A stretch of 64,000 bases of DNA, from the NCBI GenBank assembly GCA_963833985.1, contig CAWIAD010000002.1, forward strand, positions 1,856,001 to 1,920,000, read 5' to 3'. Every line of letters begins with the position of its first letter. Position 1 is the first letter of the stretch. The translations under genes were made by a program, and so were the position numbers. Shown here in pieces: positions 21,711 through 31,949 of this stretch. Under the pieces are notes generated by a model. The model did no database searches and was not told the origin of the DNA. It was given only the letters and a program-made list of their open reading frames with translations. This stretch comes from an uncultured Planctomycetaceae bacterium (GTDB lineage: Bacteria; Planctomycetota; Planctomycetia; Isosphaerales; Isosphaeraceae).

Positions 21711-23759
21711 TTGTCATCCCCTCCGAGCACGGATTCATCGACCACCAAGGCGGCGGGTCATGGACTGCATGAGCAGGATCAGCCGTCCCGCAGGCTGCCC
21801 ATCGGGGCCGAGGTCCAGGCGGCCGGCGGCGTCCACTTCCGGGTCTGGGCCCCCAGGTGCCGGCAGATCGAGGTGGTCTTTGAGGGCGAGGGTGAAGATC
21901 CCGGGCCTGTGGAACTCCAGGCCGAAGGGAACGGCTACTTCTCTGGGCTCGCTCCTGCCGCGCGCCACGGAATGCTCTATCGCTTGCGGATCGACGGCGC
22001 TGATTCCTACCCAGATCCGGCGTCACGCTTCCAGCCCCAGGGCACGCACGGGCCATCACAGGTGATCGACTGCGAATGCTTCGAATGGGACGACCACGAA
22101 TGGCAGGGCCTCAGGCTGGAAGGCCAGGTCCTGTACGAGCTGCACCTGGGAACCTTCACGGATGAGGGCACCTGGAGATCCGCGGCCGACGAGCTGGAGC
22201 GGCTCGTCGAGCTGGGCGTCACGGCGGTCGAGGTCATGCCGGTGGCCGAGTTCAGTGGAGCGTTCGGCTGGGGGTACGACGGCGTCGACCTGTACGCGCC
22301 CTACCACGTTTACGGCACCCCGGACGAAATGCGGCGATTCGTCGACCGGGCCCACAGCCTGGGGCTGGGGGTGATCCTGGATGTGGTTTACAACCACTTC
22401 GGTCCCGACGGCTGCTATCACCACGCCTTCTCCGAGCATTACTTGCACCGGGAACGCCACGGCAACGACTGGGGCGATGCGCTCAACTTCGACGGCGCCG
22501 AGAACGGGCCGGTGCGGGAGTATTTCATCAAGAACGCCGGTTACTGGATCTCGGAATTTCACCTCGATGGGCTGCGGCTCGACGCCACGCATGCGATCCA
22601 CGACGATTCGCCGGAGCACATTCTGGCAGCCATCAGCCGTGAAGCCCGGGCGGCGGGCGGCTCCCGGCAGGTCCTGCTCATTGCCGAGAACGAGGCGCAG
22701 AATGCGCGCCTGGTCCGGGACTTCGAACACGAGGGCTACGGGCTCGACGGAGTCTGGAATGACGATTTCCACCACTCGGCCCGCGTGGCGCTGACCGGCC
22801 GCCAGGAGGCCTATTACTGCGACTTCTCGGGCACTGTCCAGGAGATGATCTCGGCCGTGAAATGGGGCTACCTGTTCCAGGGCCAGTTTTGCAAATGGCA
22901 GCAGAAGCTGCGTGGAACCCCCACAACTGGCATCGCCGCGTCGCGATTCGTCACTTACCTGGAGAACCACGATCAGGTGGCCAATTCCGCGCGCGGGTTC
23001 CGGCTCAAGGACCTGACCAGCCCGGGGTGCTATCGGGCGGTCGCGGCGCTCTGGCTGCTGGCACCGCAAACGCCACTCTTTTTCCAGGGCCAGGAGCTTG
23101 GCAGCAGCCGGCCATTTCTCTATTTCAGCGATATGGCCGGCGAGCTGGGCGATGCCATCCGCACGGGCCGGGGCCAGGAGCTGGCGGGCTTCCGCAGCAC
23201 GACCCATCCCGATCTCAAGGCGTTTGCCACGGACCCGGTCTCTCAGGCCGCATTCCAGGAGTCGAAGCTTCCCGAGCCCGGAGACTTCCGCGCCAATCCG
23301 GTGTTCTTGCTGTTCCAGGACCTGCTCAGGTTGCGCCGCGACGACCCGACGTTCCGCCTCCAGCGGTCAGACACAATCGATGGTGCCGTCCTCGGGCCGC
23401 GGGCGCTGGTGCTTCGCTTCCGCAACGAAGGGAGCGGCGATCGGCTCCTGCTCTTGAACCTTGGCCAGGACCTCTATCCCGTGCCGAACTCCGAACCCTT
23501 GCTCGCTCCACCGGAGTCCATGGACTGGGCGATCCTCTGGTACAGCGAGCATCCCCGTTATGGAGGCTCCAGCGCGGCCCCGCTCGACTGCGGCCGTCCC
23601 TGGCGGCTCGCCGGCCACAGTGCCGTGGTGCTGGCCGCACGGCCCGCCGAGCCGCGGCCCGATCAATCGGAGATGGGTTCGCTTCATCCTGAGGATGAGA
23701 ACATTCACCCGGTGGTCCGCAGGAAGCGCAGTGAAGCCGCCGACGGACAGCCCTCGTAG
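21711..23759 (+). CDS. treZ: Malto-oligosyltrehalose trehalohydrolase (start uncertain)
   Basis: FRVWAP, PDPASRFQPQG, YELHLGTFT, WGYDGV, DVVYNH, DGLRLDATH, WNDDFHH, ENHDQVAN. Confidence 0.93.
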   Translation: MSSPPSTDSSTTKAAGHGLHEQDQPSRRLPIGAEVQAAGGVHFRVWAPRCRQIEVVFEGEGEDPGPVELQAEGNGYFSGLAPAARHGMLYRLRIDGADSYPDPASRFQPQGTHGPSQVIDCECFEWDDHEWQGLRLEGQVLYELHLGTFTDEGTWRSAADELERLVELGVTAVEVMPVAEFSGAFGWGYDGVDLYAPYHVYGTPDEMRRFVDRAHSLGLGVILDVVYNHFGPDGCYHHAFSEHYLHRERHGNDWGDALNFDGAENGPVREYFIKNAGYWISEFHLDGLRLDATHAIHDDSPEHILAAISREARAAGGSRQVLLIAENEAQNARLVRDFEHEGYGLDGVWNDDFHHSARVALTGRQEAYYCDFSGTVQEMISAVKWGYLFQGQFCKWQQKLRGTPTTGIAASRFVTYLENHDQVANSARGFRLKDLTSPGCYRAVAALWLLAPQTPLFFQGQELGSSRPFLYFSDMAGELGDAIRTGRGQELAGFRSTTHPDLKAFATDPVSQAAFQESKLPEPGDFRANPVFLLFQDLLRLRRDDPTFRLQRSDTIDGAVLGPRALVLRFRNEGSGDRLLLLNLGQDLYPVPNSEPLLAPPESMDWAILWYSEHPRYGGSSAAPLDCGRPWRLAGHSAVVLAARPAEPRPDQSEMGSLHPEDENIHPVVRRKRSEAADGQPS

Positions 23760-23808
23760 CGGCCCTTCGCATCGCGAGCGAGCGAGCCAGGATATCATCC
23801 GCCGCAGG

Positions 23809-26800
23809 TCACTCGCTCAGCAGCAAGGCAATCGGGAAAGCCGCAAAGAGCGTGGCGGCTGCCAGGGTGACCTTTCCGCCAACCTGTTCAGCGGCCACGC
23901 TCTTGCCGCTGAACACATCCGTGAGCGTGGTACCCTGGCCGAGGCCGGGCACTTCCAGGGTCGTGTCCTGCCAGACGGCCTCTCCGAGCGGGAATGATGA
24001 CTCCGTGTCCAGCCGGGTTGTCAGCCGTGGGACCGCGACGATCGCCGTGCGCCTGCCGTCGCTGCGCAAGAATGCAAAGAAGCATTCCCCGAAACGGCCA
24101 TGACCTGACAGAGCCAGGTACTCGCCGGTGGTGAAGAGATCCGGGTTCCGCCGTCTTGCTTCCAGGGCACGCCAGTGCGTATACAGCTTGAGACGGCCGT
24201 CCGCCGGATGCGCCATCATTTCGCGGACCAGCTCCGCCGGGTTGCCCTGATGCGAGGTGATCTCCTCGAGCAGCGCCGAGCGTCTGGGATAATCAATGGG
24301 ACGGCGGTTGTCCGGATCGACCAGGCTGAAGTCCCAGAGCTCGGTGCCCTGGTAGAGGTCGGGCACTCCGGGCAGCGTGATCTTGAGCAGGGTCTGGGCC
24401 AGCGAGTTGATCATGCCGTGATGGCTGATGAACCGCTGGAACGGCAGGAAATCGTCCAGGAAAGCTGAGTCCTCCGCCCGATCCAGCACTCTGTGGACAA
24501 AGCGGTCGATCGCCTCGTCATACTCCGAGTCCGGGTTCAGCCAGCTACTGTGCAGCTTCGCTTCATGAATCGATTTGGCCATGTAGGCCCGCATGCGAAG
24601 GCAGAACGCGCACCAGCCCTCGTCATCCAGATCCTCGAGGGGCCAGGCGCCCAGCAGGTTCTGGTAGAAGAAGTTCTCCTCGTTACGATCCGGGGCGTCC
24701 TTGTCGTCGATCTGCGTCTTGTGCCGCTGGTTCAGTTCAGTCCAGCGCTCCAGGGCGCTGAACCAGCGGGCGGGAACCTCGGAAAGGACGTTGATCCTGG
24801 CGCGCACGTCCTCGCTGCGCTTCGTATCGTGCGTCGACAGCGGCGTGAGGGCGAACGGAAAGCGCGTGCGCCGCTCGCTGCTCCAGTGGTGAAGCTCATC
24901 GGGCGTGACGCCGAAGCGGCCCGGTTCGCCTCCCACCTCGTTGAGCGAGACGAGGCGGTTGTAGTTGTAGAACGTGGTGTCTTCCAGGCCCTTGGCCATG
25001 ACCGGGGCGGTCACCTGCTGAAACTTACCCGCGAATTCCTCGGGCCCGGGCTCGCCAGGCGGCAGCTCCTCGACCCCCGCAAAGCGGTTCAGCAAGACAT
25101 TTCGCAGGAACCGGAAGATCGCCGGGCTGGTGAGCGGGTTCAGCCGCATCGCCAGTCGAACCGCGCGCTCCACCAGGGCCCGATCCTGGTTGCTCTGGTG
25201 TCCGGGCGTGATGTAGCTGCGATACACCGGGAACGTGGCGATCACCTGCCGCAGGACGTGCCGCAAGGCGCTCTGCGTGAAATCACGCGAGCGCCGGTCG
25301 CGCAGGGCGATCCGCTCAAGCTGGTAGGCCAGGACATGCAGCTCGCTGGCGAGCGAGACCTCGAGGATGCGCAGCTTCTTCTGACGCACCAGCTCGCGGT
25401 AGGGCGTGTGGTCGTCGATCCAGTCGTGGTAGCGGCGCGTGAACTCGGCGGCGGAGGCCGGATCGACAAACAGCCCGCTGATCCGGTTCAGCGCCTCGTA
25501 GCCGGACGTGCCGCGGGTGCGCCAGTCGCCCGGGAAGTCCTCGTCGTAACCGAGGATCTTCTCGACGACCACGTAGAGCGGTGGAGTGTCCTGGTCGTGC
25601 GGGCTGCCGGCGCCCTCCGCCAGCCGCTGGCGCAGCAGCGGCTCGATCTCATCCCACGCGGGAAGATCCGCATCGCCGGACTCGTCATGCCGCTTGCGCG
25701 CGATGGCCAGGACGTAAGCCTCCTGAAGACGGTCCAGATACTGCTGCGGGTCGAGCAGGCCGTCAGGATGGTCGATGCGCAGCCCGATGGCGCCCTGGCG
25801 GGCCACGATATCGAAGATCAGGGCATGGGTCTCACGGAACACGTCCTCGCGATCGCTGCGCAGCGCGGCCAGAGCCGAGATATCAAAAAATCTCCGGTAG
25901 TTGATTTCATCGGAAGCGACGCGCCAGAACGCCAGCCGGTAGGGTTGGGCCGCGAGCAGGCCCTCGAGAGTGTCAAAACTGCGTGGATCTCCGGGAGTTC
26001 CGTTGAGGGTCGCAAGCGCGCCGTCGATGGCCGTGGCCACGGCCGGCTGGCCGGCGACGAGCGTGCCGATCCGCCGCTTGATGACTTCCTTTTCACGATG
26101 CCTCTCGGCCACGCCGGCAGGACTGCCGCTGGTATGTTCGGGCAGGTTGCGGATCGCGGTGAGGATGCTCTGATACTCCAGCGTGTCCTGGTGATCGGCG
26201 CCAATTGCTGCGCTGACGGTCGAGACCGCCGGTTCGAGGATCGTCTGGTAGCTCCTGGGGTCCAGCGGGAACCGATGGTCGTGGTACTGCACATGGAATG
26301 CGCCGCCCTCACGCTCGACGCGGAGCGCGCCTTGCTCGAGGATTTCCCCGAAGAGGTCCCCGAGAATGGGAATCAAGAGCCGGCCGCGGTTCTCGGGCCG
26401 GGTGGGAGCCAGCCAGTCGATGTCGAAGTACTGCGCGTGGGGAGACGCCTGGCCGTTCTCCAGCACATCGTTCCACCAGGGGTTCTCGTTACCCAGGATG
26501 CCCATGTGGTTGGGGACAACGTCGAGAACCAGGCCGAGCCCATGTTCCCGCAGGGCATGAACCCAGGCGGAATGCTCCTCGAGCGTGCCGATCTCCGGAT
26601 TGAGCGTCCGGTGGTCGGTGATATCGTAGCCGTGCGTGCTGCCCGGAGCGGCTTTCAGGTAGGGCGAGGCATAGCAGTCGGAGATTCCCAGCCGGGCCAG
26701 GTAGGGGACAATCTTCAGGGCATCGTCAAACCGGAATCCGGCGTGCAGCTGGATCCGGTAGGTGGCTTCCGGGACACTGCGCCGGCTGCAAATCTCCGCG

Positions 26801-26886
26801 CGGGCCGCGGAGAGCAGCACTTCGACGTAGGCGGCGTGATCACCGGGCGCCTCCTGCTCGGCGGCTGGCTTCGTGGCGGTGGACAC
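23809..26886 (-). CDS. treY: Malto-oligosyltrehalose synthase
   Basis: ATYRIQL, GSTHGYD, DVVPNHM, INYRRFFD, GLRIDHPDGL, VEKIL, STHDTKRSED, SLVDPDNRRP. Confidence 0.96.
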   Translation of the reverse strand: MSTATKPAAEQEAPGDHAAYVEVLLSAARAEICSRRSVPEATYRIQLHAGFRFDDALKIVPYLARLGISDCYASPYLKAAPGSTHGYDITDHRTLNPEIGTLEEHSAWVHALREHGLGLVLDVVPNHMGILGNENPWWNDVLENGQASPHAQYFDIDWLAPTRPENRGRLLIPILGDLFGEILEQGALRVEREGGAFHVQYHDHRFPLDPRSYQTILEPAVSTVSAAIGADHQDTLEYQSILTAIRNLPEHTSGSPAGVAERHREKEVIKRRIGTLVAGQPAVATAIDGALATLNGTPGDPRSFDTLEGLLAAQPYRLAFWRVASDEINYRRFFDISALAALRSDREDVFRETHALIFDIVARQGAIGLRIDHPDGLLDPQQYLDRLQEAYVLAIARKRHDESGDADLPAWDEIEPLLRQRLAEGAGSPHDQDTPPLYVVVEKILGYDEDFPGDWRTRGTSGYEALNRISGLFVDPASAAEFTRRYHDWIDDHTPYRELVRQKKLRILEVSLASELHVLAYQLERIALRDRRSRDFTQSALRHVLRQVIATFPVYRSYITPGHQSNQDRALVERAVRLAMRLNPLTSPAIFRFLRNVLLNRFAGVEELPPGEPGPEEFAGKFQQVTAPVMAKGLEDTTFYNYNRLVSLNEVGGEPGRFGVTPDELHHWSSERRTRFPFALTPLSTHDTKRSEDVRARINVLSEVPARWFSALERWTELNQRHKTQIDDKDAPDRNEENFFYQNLLGAWPLEDLDDEGWCAFCLRMRAYMAKSIHEAKLHSSWLNPDSEYDEAIDRFVHRVLDRAEDSAFLDDFLPFQRFISHHGMINSLAQTLLKITLPGVPDLYQGTELWDFSLVDPDNRRPIDYPRRSALLEEITSHQGNPAELVREMMAHPADGRLKLYTHWRALEARRRNPDLFTTGEYLALSGHGRFGECFFAFLRSDGRRTAIVAVPRLTTRLDTESSFPLGEAVWQDTTLEVPGLGQGTTLTDVFSGKSVAAEQVGGKVTLAAATLFAAFPIALLLSE

Positions 26887-26904
26887 GGTCTCTCCCTTGT
26901 GCGC

Positions 26905-29134
26905 TCAGGAGTCTCGATGCCGCGGCAGCGTGGCGGAGGGCACGGGCATTTGCGGTTTGCGCGCCTCGCGGCGCAGCGATTCCACCTCGACGCGTGAGGC
27001 CGGCTGGCGGCCATCGGCCTCGTCGCGCGTGAACAGCACGACCAGGGAGCGATCGCGCAGGTCCAGGACGTCCCCGCCGTGCCTCGGCGACGGCATGTCG
27101 TCCCCGCTCGCGGTATCCAGCTCGCATTCCCAGATCTGCCCGTCCTGGGTCTTCGGTAGCGTGAACGGGATCGTTTCATGATGGGCGTTCAGGAGTACCA
27201 GGGCCGTCTCGTCCCTGATCGGCTCCCCGCGCTCGTCCACGTCGCCGATCACGTCGCCCGCCAGCCGCATGCCGATACACTTGACGAAGCCGCTGTCCCA
27301 CGCTTCGTCGCTCATCTCTTGCCCTGACGGTTCCAGGAACGTCAGGTCCTTGATGTCCGATCCGCGGAGGGCCCGGCCCTGGAAGAACTTCCGCCGCTGG
27401 AAGACGGGATGCTCGCGCCAGATCTGGCAGACGCGCCTGGTGAACTCGAGAAACTGCTTCTGCTCGTCGCTCAGATCCCAGTTCAGCCAGGTGAGCTCGT
27501 TGTCCTGGCAATAGGCGTTGTTGTTGCCTTTCTGGGTGTGGCAGATCTCGTCGCCGGCCAGCAGCATGGAGACGCCCTGCGAGAGCATGAGCGTGGCCAT
27601 GAAGTTTCGCTTCTGGCGCTGACGGATTTCCAGCACCACCGGGTTATCGGTCGGCCCCTCCGCCCCGCAGTTCCAGCTGTCGTTGCTGTTGGAGCCGTCG
27701 CGGTTCTCTTCGCCGTTGGCCTCGTTGTGCTTGTCGTTGTAGGAGACGAGGTCATGCAGGCTGAAGCCGTCGTGGCAGGTGATGAAGTTGATGCTGGCGT
27801 AGGGGGCGCGCCGGTCTGCTGGTAGAGGTCGCTCGAGCCCGCCAGCCGGGTGGCGAATTCCGAGACCGTGCCGCCATCGCCTTTCCAGAAGCGCCGCACG
27901 TTGTCGCGGTATTTGCCGTTCCATTCGGTCCAGAGCACCGGAAACGCGCCCACCTGGTAACCGCCCGGGCCAACGTCCCAGGGTTCGGCGATGAGCTTCA
28001 CCTGGGAGAGGATCGGGTCCTGATGGATGATGTCGAAGAAGGCGCCCAGGCGGTCGACCTCATAGAGCTCGCGGGCCAGGGTGCTGGCCAGGTCGAACCG
28101 GAAGCCGTCAACGTGCATCTCCACGACCCAGTAGCGCAGGCTGTCCATGATGAGCTGCAACACCTGCGGATGCCGCATGTTGAACGTGTTGCCGCAGCCC
28201 GTGAAATCCATGTAATAACGCGGGTCGGGCGCCAGGCGATAGTAGCTGGCGTTGTCGATGCCCCGGAACGAGAGCGTGGGGCCAAGCTGGTTCCCCTCCG
28301 CCGTGTGGTTGTACACGACGTCCAGAATCACCTCGATACCCGAGGCATGCAGCGAGCGGACCATCATCTTGAACTCACGCAGGGTTCCCTCGGGGCTGCC
28401 GTCGCTCGAATAGCGCGGATCGGCGCGAAGAAGCCAAGCGTGTTGTATCCCCAGTAATTGACCAGCCCCTTGTCCGTCAAGAAGCGGTCGTCGACGTGGT
28501 AATGCACCGGCAGCAGTTCCACGGCGGTGACGCCCAGGCCGCGGAGGTGCTGGATGGCGGCCTCCGACGCCAGCCCGGCGTAGGTCCCGCGGAGCTTCTC
28601 GGGCACGTCGGGCATCAGTTTGGTGAATCCCTTGACGTGCAGCTCGTAGATGAAGGTCTTGTGCCAGGGCGTGAGCGGCAAACGGTCATCGCCCCAGGTG
28701 AACGCGGTGTCGACCACCGCCGCGAGGGGAGCGAACTGGGCGCTATCGCGCTCGTCGACCGTGAGATCGGCCTCGGGGTGCTGAAGCTGGTAAGCGAACA
28801 GCGAGTCGTCCCAGGTCAGGTCCCGGCCGATCGCCTTGGCATACGGGTCGAGCAAGAGCTTTTTGGAGTTGAACCGCTGGCCGTTCTGCGGCTCGAACGG
28901 GCCATGGACGCGATAGCCGTACAGTTGCCCGGGAATGATGTCGGGAAAGTAATTGTGCCACACCTGCGCCGTCTGCTCCGCCAGCGGAAGCGTCACCGAC
29001 TCCTTGGCGTCATCGGCGGAATTGAACAGGCAGAGCTCGACCTTGGTCGCGTTCTCGGCAAAAAGACTGAAATTGACGCCCGCCCCATCCCAGGTCGCTC
29101 CCAGGGGGTAAGGTCGACCAGGCCAGACGCGCAT
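26905..29134 (-). CDS. glgX: Glycogen debranching enzyme; frameshifts near 28420 and 27810
   Basis: [61 protein letters not shown] across ORFs 28364, 27483 and 26905. Confidence 0.94.
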
Positions 29135-29213
29135 GGAGATCTCCGGAAAGTGGAAGAGGATCGTCAAGGAGCTGGATCACTCGCTCAACACAAACGTCGT
29201 GCGGCTCTCATTA

Positions 29214-29230
29214 TGCAGCTTTCGTGCCAA
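29214..29230 (-). promoter_or_regulatory. Candidate sigma-54 (-24/-12) promoter for glgX-treY
   Basis: Minus strand TTGGCACGAAAGCTGCA matches TGGCACG-N4-TTGC with one mismatch, ~80 bp upstream of the glgX start. Confidence 0.55.
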
Positions 29231-29352
29231 TGCCGTTCCGTTCCGCCGGCTTCCGTCCGGCGTCATGCCAGGATCGCTGCCACGGCTCGCCGGGTGCCAG
29301 CGGACGAGTTCGTTCGCGCCTGCCCGGCATCCCGTTTGCGAACGGCTTCGAC

Positions 29353-30459
29353 ATGAGCAAGAAACTTCCCGAGGCGCACGTTCCGGTGCCTGTTTCGGAC
29401 CCGGTCATCGCCGCGCGGGCCGCGGGGCTGCGGTACACCAGCGACGCGCACCCCGGCATCACACGCAAGCGATCGGGCAGGGCCTTTCGCTACCTGGACT
29501 CGGACGGTCACGCGGTTCGCGAGCGCGAGACCCTGAGCCGGATCAAGAGCCTGGCCATTCCCCCCGCCTGGAAGGACGTCTGGATCTGTCCCTTGCCGTC
29601 GGGCCATCTTCAGGCGACCGGCCGGGATGAGAAAGGACGGAAGCAATACCGTTACCATCCGCGCTGGCGTATGGTTCGCGACGAGAACAAGTACGGCCGC
29701 ATGATCGCGTTCGGCAAGACGCTGCCGCGGATCCGCGAACGCACGGACCGCGACCTGGCCCTCCCTGGATTGCCGAGAGAAAAGGTGCTTGCCACCGTGG
29801 TCCGGCTGCTCGAGCTCTCCCTCATCCGCGTGGGCAATGACGAGTACGCCCGCAGCAACCGCTCCTACGGCCTGACCACCATGCGCAATCGGCACGTCGC
29901 GGTGGAGGGCTCGAGGGTCCGGTTCAGGTTCCGGGGCAAGAGCGGCATCGTCCACGAGATCGACATCGCCGACCGCAGGCTCGCCCGCATCGTCAACCAC
30001 TGCCAGGACCTGCCCGGACAGAAGCTCTTCGAGTACATCGACGAGGACGGTACGGTGCAGGAGCTGAACTCGGAAGCCGTCAACGACTACCTGCGCGAGA
30101 TCACCGGCCATGACTTCACCGCGAAGGACTTTCGCACCTGGGCCGGGACGGTGCTGGCGGCCCTGGCGCTCCAGGAATTCGAGGCATTCGACTCGCAGAC
30201 CCAGGCCAAGAAGAACGTCGTCTCCGCCATCCAGCGCGTGGCCGAGCGGCTGGGCAACACCCCGGCGGTCTGCCGGAAATGCTATGTTCACCCGAGTGTC
30301 CTCGACGCCTACCTGGACGGTTCCATGATCGAGTCGCTGAAGCGCAGGACCAAGGAGGAGATGGACGAATCGCTCGGCGACCTGCGCCCCGAGGAAGCCG
30401 CTGTTATGGCCTTGCTCCAGAACCGCCTGGCCCGCGAGCACGAAGCGCGCTCGGCGTGA
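29353..30459 (+). CDS. DNA topoisomerase IB (bacterial, poxvirus-like)
   Basis: IPPAWKDVWIC, GRKQYRYH, IRVGN, FRGKSG, TAKDFRTW, LGNTPAVCRKCYVHP (catalytic Tyr). Confidence 0.93.
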   Translation: MSKKLPEAHVPVPVSDPVIAARAAGLRYTSDAHPGITRKRSGRAFRYLDSDGHAVRERETLSRIKSLAIPPAWKDVWICPLPSGHLQATGRDEKGRKQYRYHPRWRMVRDENKYGRMIAFGKTLPRIRERTDRDLALPGLPREKVLATVVRLLELSLIRVGNDEYARSNRSYGLTTMRNRHVAVEGSRVRFRFRGKSGIVHEIDIADRRLARIVNHCQDLPGQKLFEYIDEDGTVQELNSEAVNDYLREITGHDFTAKDFRTWAGTVLAALALQEFEAFDSQTQAKKNVVSAIQRVAERLGNTPAVCRKCYVHPSVLDAYLDGSMIESLKRRTKEEMDESLGDLRPEEAAVMALLQNRLAREHEARSA

Positions 30460-30506
30460 CCGGCAGCCGCCCGCTTCATTCCATTCCGCGGGCCGGCCGG
30501 CAAGGT

Positions 30507-31264
30507 TCACTGCCTGAGCTGCGTCCGGTACCGCTCCACGAAGCGGTCGTAATCCTCGGGGGTGTCGATGCCGATGCTGGGTTCCTCGACCACGGCGATG
30601 GCGATGGGATGGTCAGCCTCGAGCACGCGCAGCTGCTCCAGTTTCTCGGCGGTCTCCAGGTCGGATCGCGGCAGGGCGCTGATGGACAGCAGGAACTCGC
30701 GACGGTAGGCGTAGATGCCAAGGTGCAGGTGCGCGATCGGGCCGCCCGCGGTACCGCTGGCTGGCAGTCCGTCGCGGTGACAGGGAATCGGGCTGCGCGA
30801 GAAATAGAGGGCGCGCCCGCGGCGCGAGCAAACGACCTTCACGCAGGATGGGTCGCGGTACACGGCCGGGTCGCGGATGGGCGTGGCCAGCGTGGCCATG
30901 GGCGCGTCAGGATCCTGGACCAGGAGCGCGACGAGGCGGTCGATCGTGGTACCGGCGATTTCCGGCTCGTCTCCCTGGATGTTGACGATGATGTCGGCTC
31001 GCTCGATGCGCCGGCAACCTCGGCCACGCGGTCTGTGCCGGTGGCATGATCGCCGCGGGTCATCATGGATTCACCGCCGAAGGCGGCGACGGCGTCGGCG
31101 ATGCGCGGATCGTCCGTCGCGACGATGATCCGCTGTAGTGATTGTGCCTGCCGCGCGGCTTCCACCACGTGCTGGATGAGCGGTTTACCGGTGGCGGTCA
31201 GAAGGGGTTTGCCGGGCAAACGGGTGGAAGCGAAACGAGCCGGGATCACCGCGATGATTTCCAT
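30507..31264 (-). CDS. kdsB: 3-deoxy-manno-octulosonate cytidylyltransferase; frameshift near 31010
   Basis: [59 protein letters not shown]. Confidence 0.93.
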
Positions 31265-31949
31265 TTTCGGGGCGACCTTGCTTGATTGCTGAACCGATAG
31301 AAGGGGCACTGACCGAGGACAGGTCTCAGGCAGGGCCGTCGAAAGTCGCCCACACTCTAGAGTGTCCCATGAAGGGACACAAGACGGAGTGAACGGCCGA
31401 TCGAGGCAGCCAGGCAAGGGCCCTCTCCCCGAGGCATCGATGGCCCGCTCCCCGCACGGCGGGGCAGGGCAGAACGGGGCGAGCGGATCGCGCCGAGGAC
31501 CAGGCCGCGTGGCGGCCGGGTTCGATGGGATCGGAGGCTGCTAGCCCCGCTCTCCCTCAGGAGGTCGTTGCTGAATCACCGTTGCCGGCAGCGGGGGAAG
31601 AGTGTCCCCAGACTCTTTTGCCCCGTACCGGAGCGACGTGGATTCTCTGCGCTCAGGCTGGCGGATCGGAGGTGGCGGAGAGAGGCGTGATCGGATTGCC
31701 TGCACGTCTGGGAATCTGCAAGCGCTTCTCGAACGACGGTCAGCCGCCGTTTCTGGAACCGAACAACATTGTCACACGCTCTGTAGACCCTGTCTCGACC
31801 AGCAGTTGGGCCGGGTCTCCGGGCGCCGTGCGCTCGGCCGAAATGATTCGGCCCGCGTTCGGCGCACGCCATGGACGGGGGGCGTTCACATCCGATTTGC
31901 GGGGCGGCCTGAGCCAATGGTATGGCGGCCGTCTGGGGAGTTTCGATTC

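Noticed and set aside
24493..26997. 834-aa + strand ORF, and similar long antisense ORFs (6995-8530, 16042-17301, 52112-53620, 55794-56774)
   Set aside because: Shadow ORFs opposite well-supported genes in high-GC DNA, with no motifs.
26905..29134. glgX, kbl, kdsB and GT9 as true pseudogenes or programmed frameshifts
   Set aside because: Indels sit in short homopolymer/dinucleotide runs without slippery heptamers and affect conserved genes, so sequencing error is more parsimonious.
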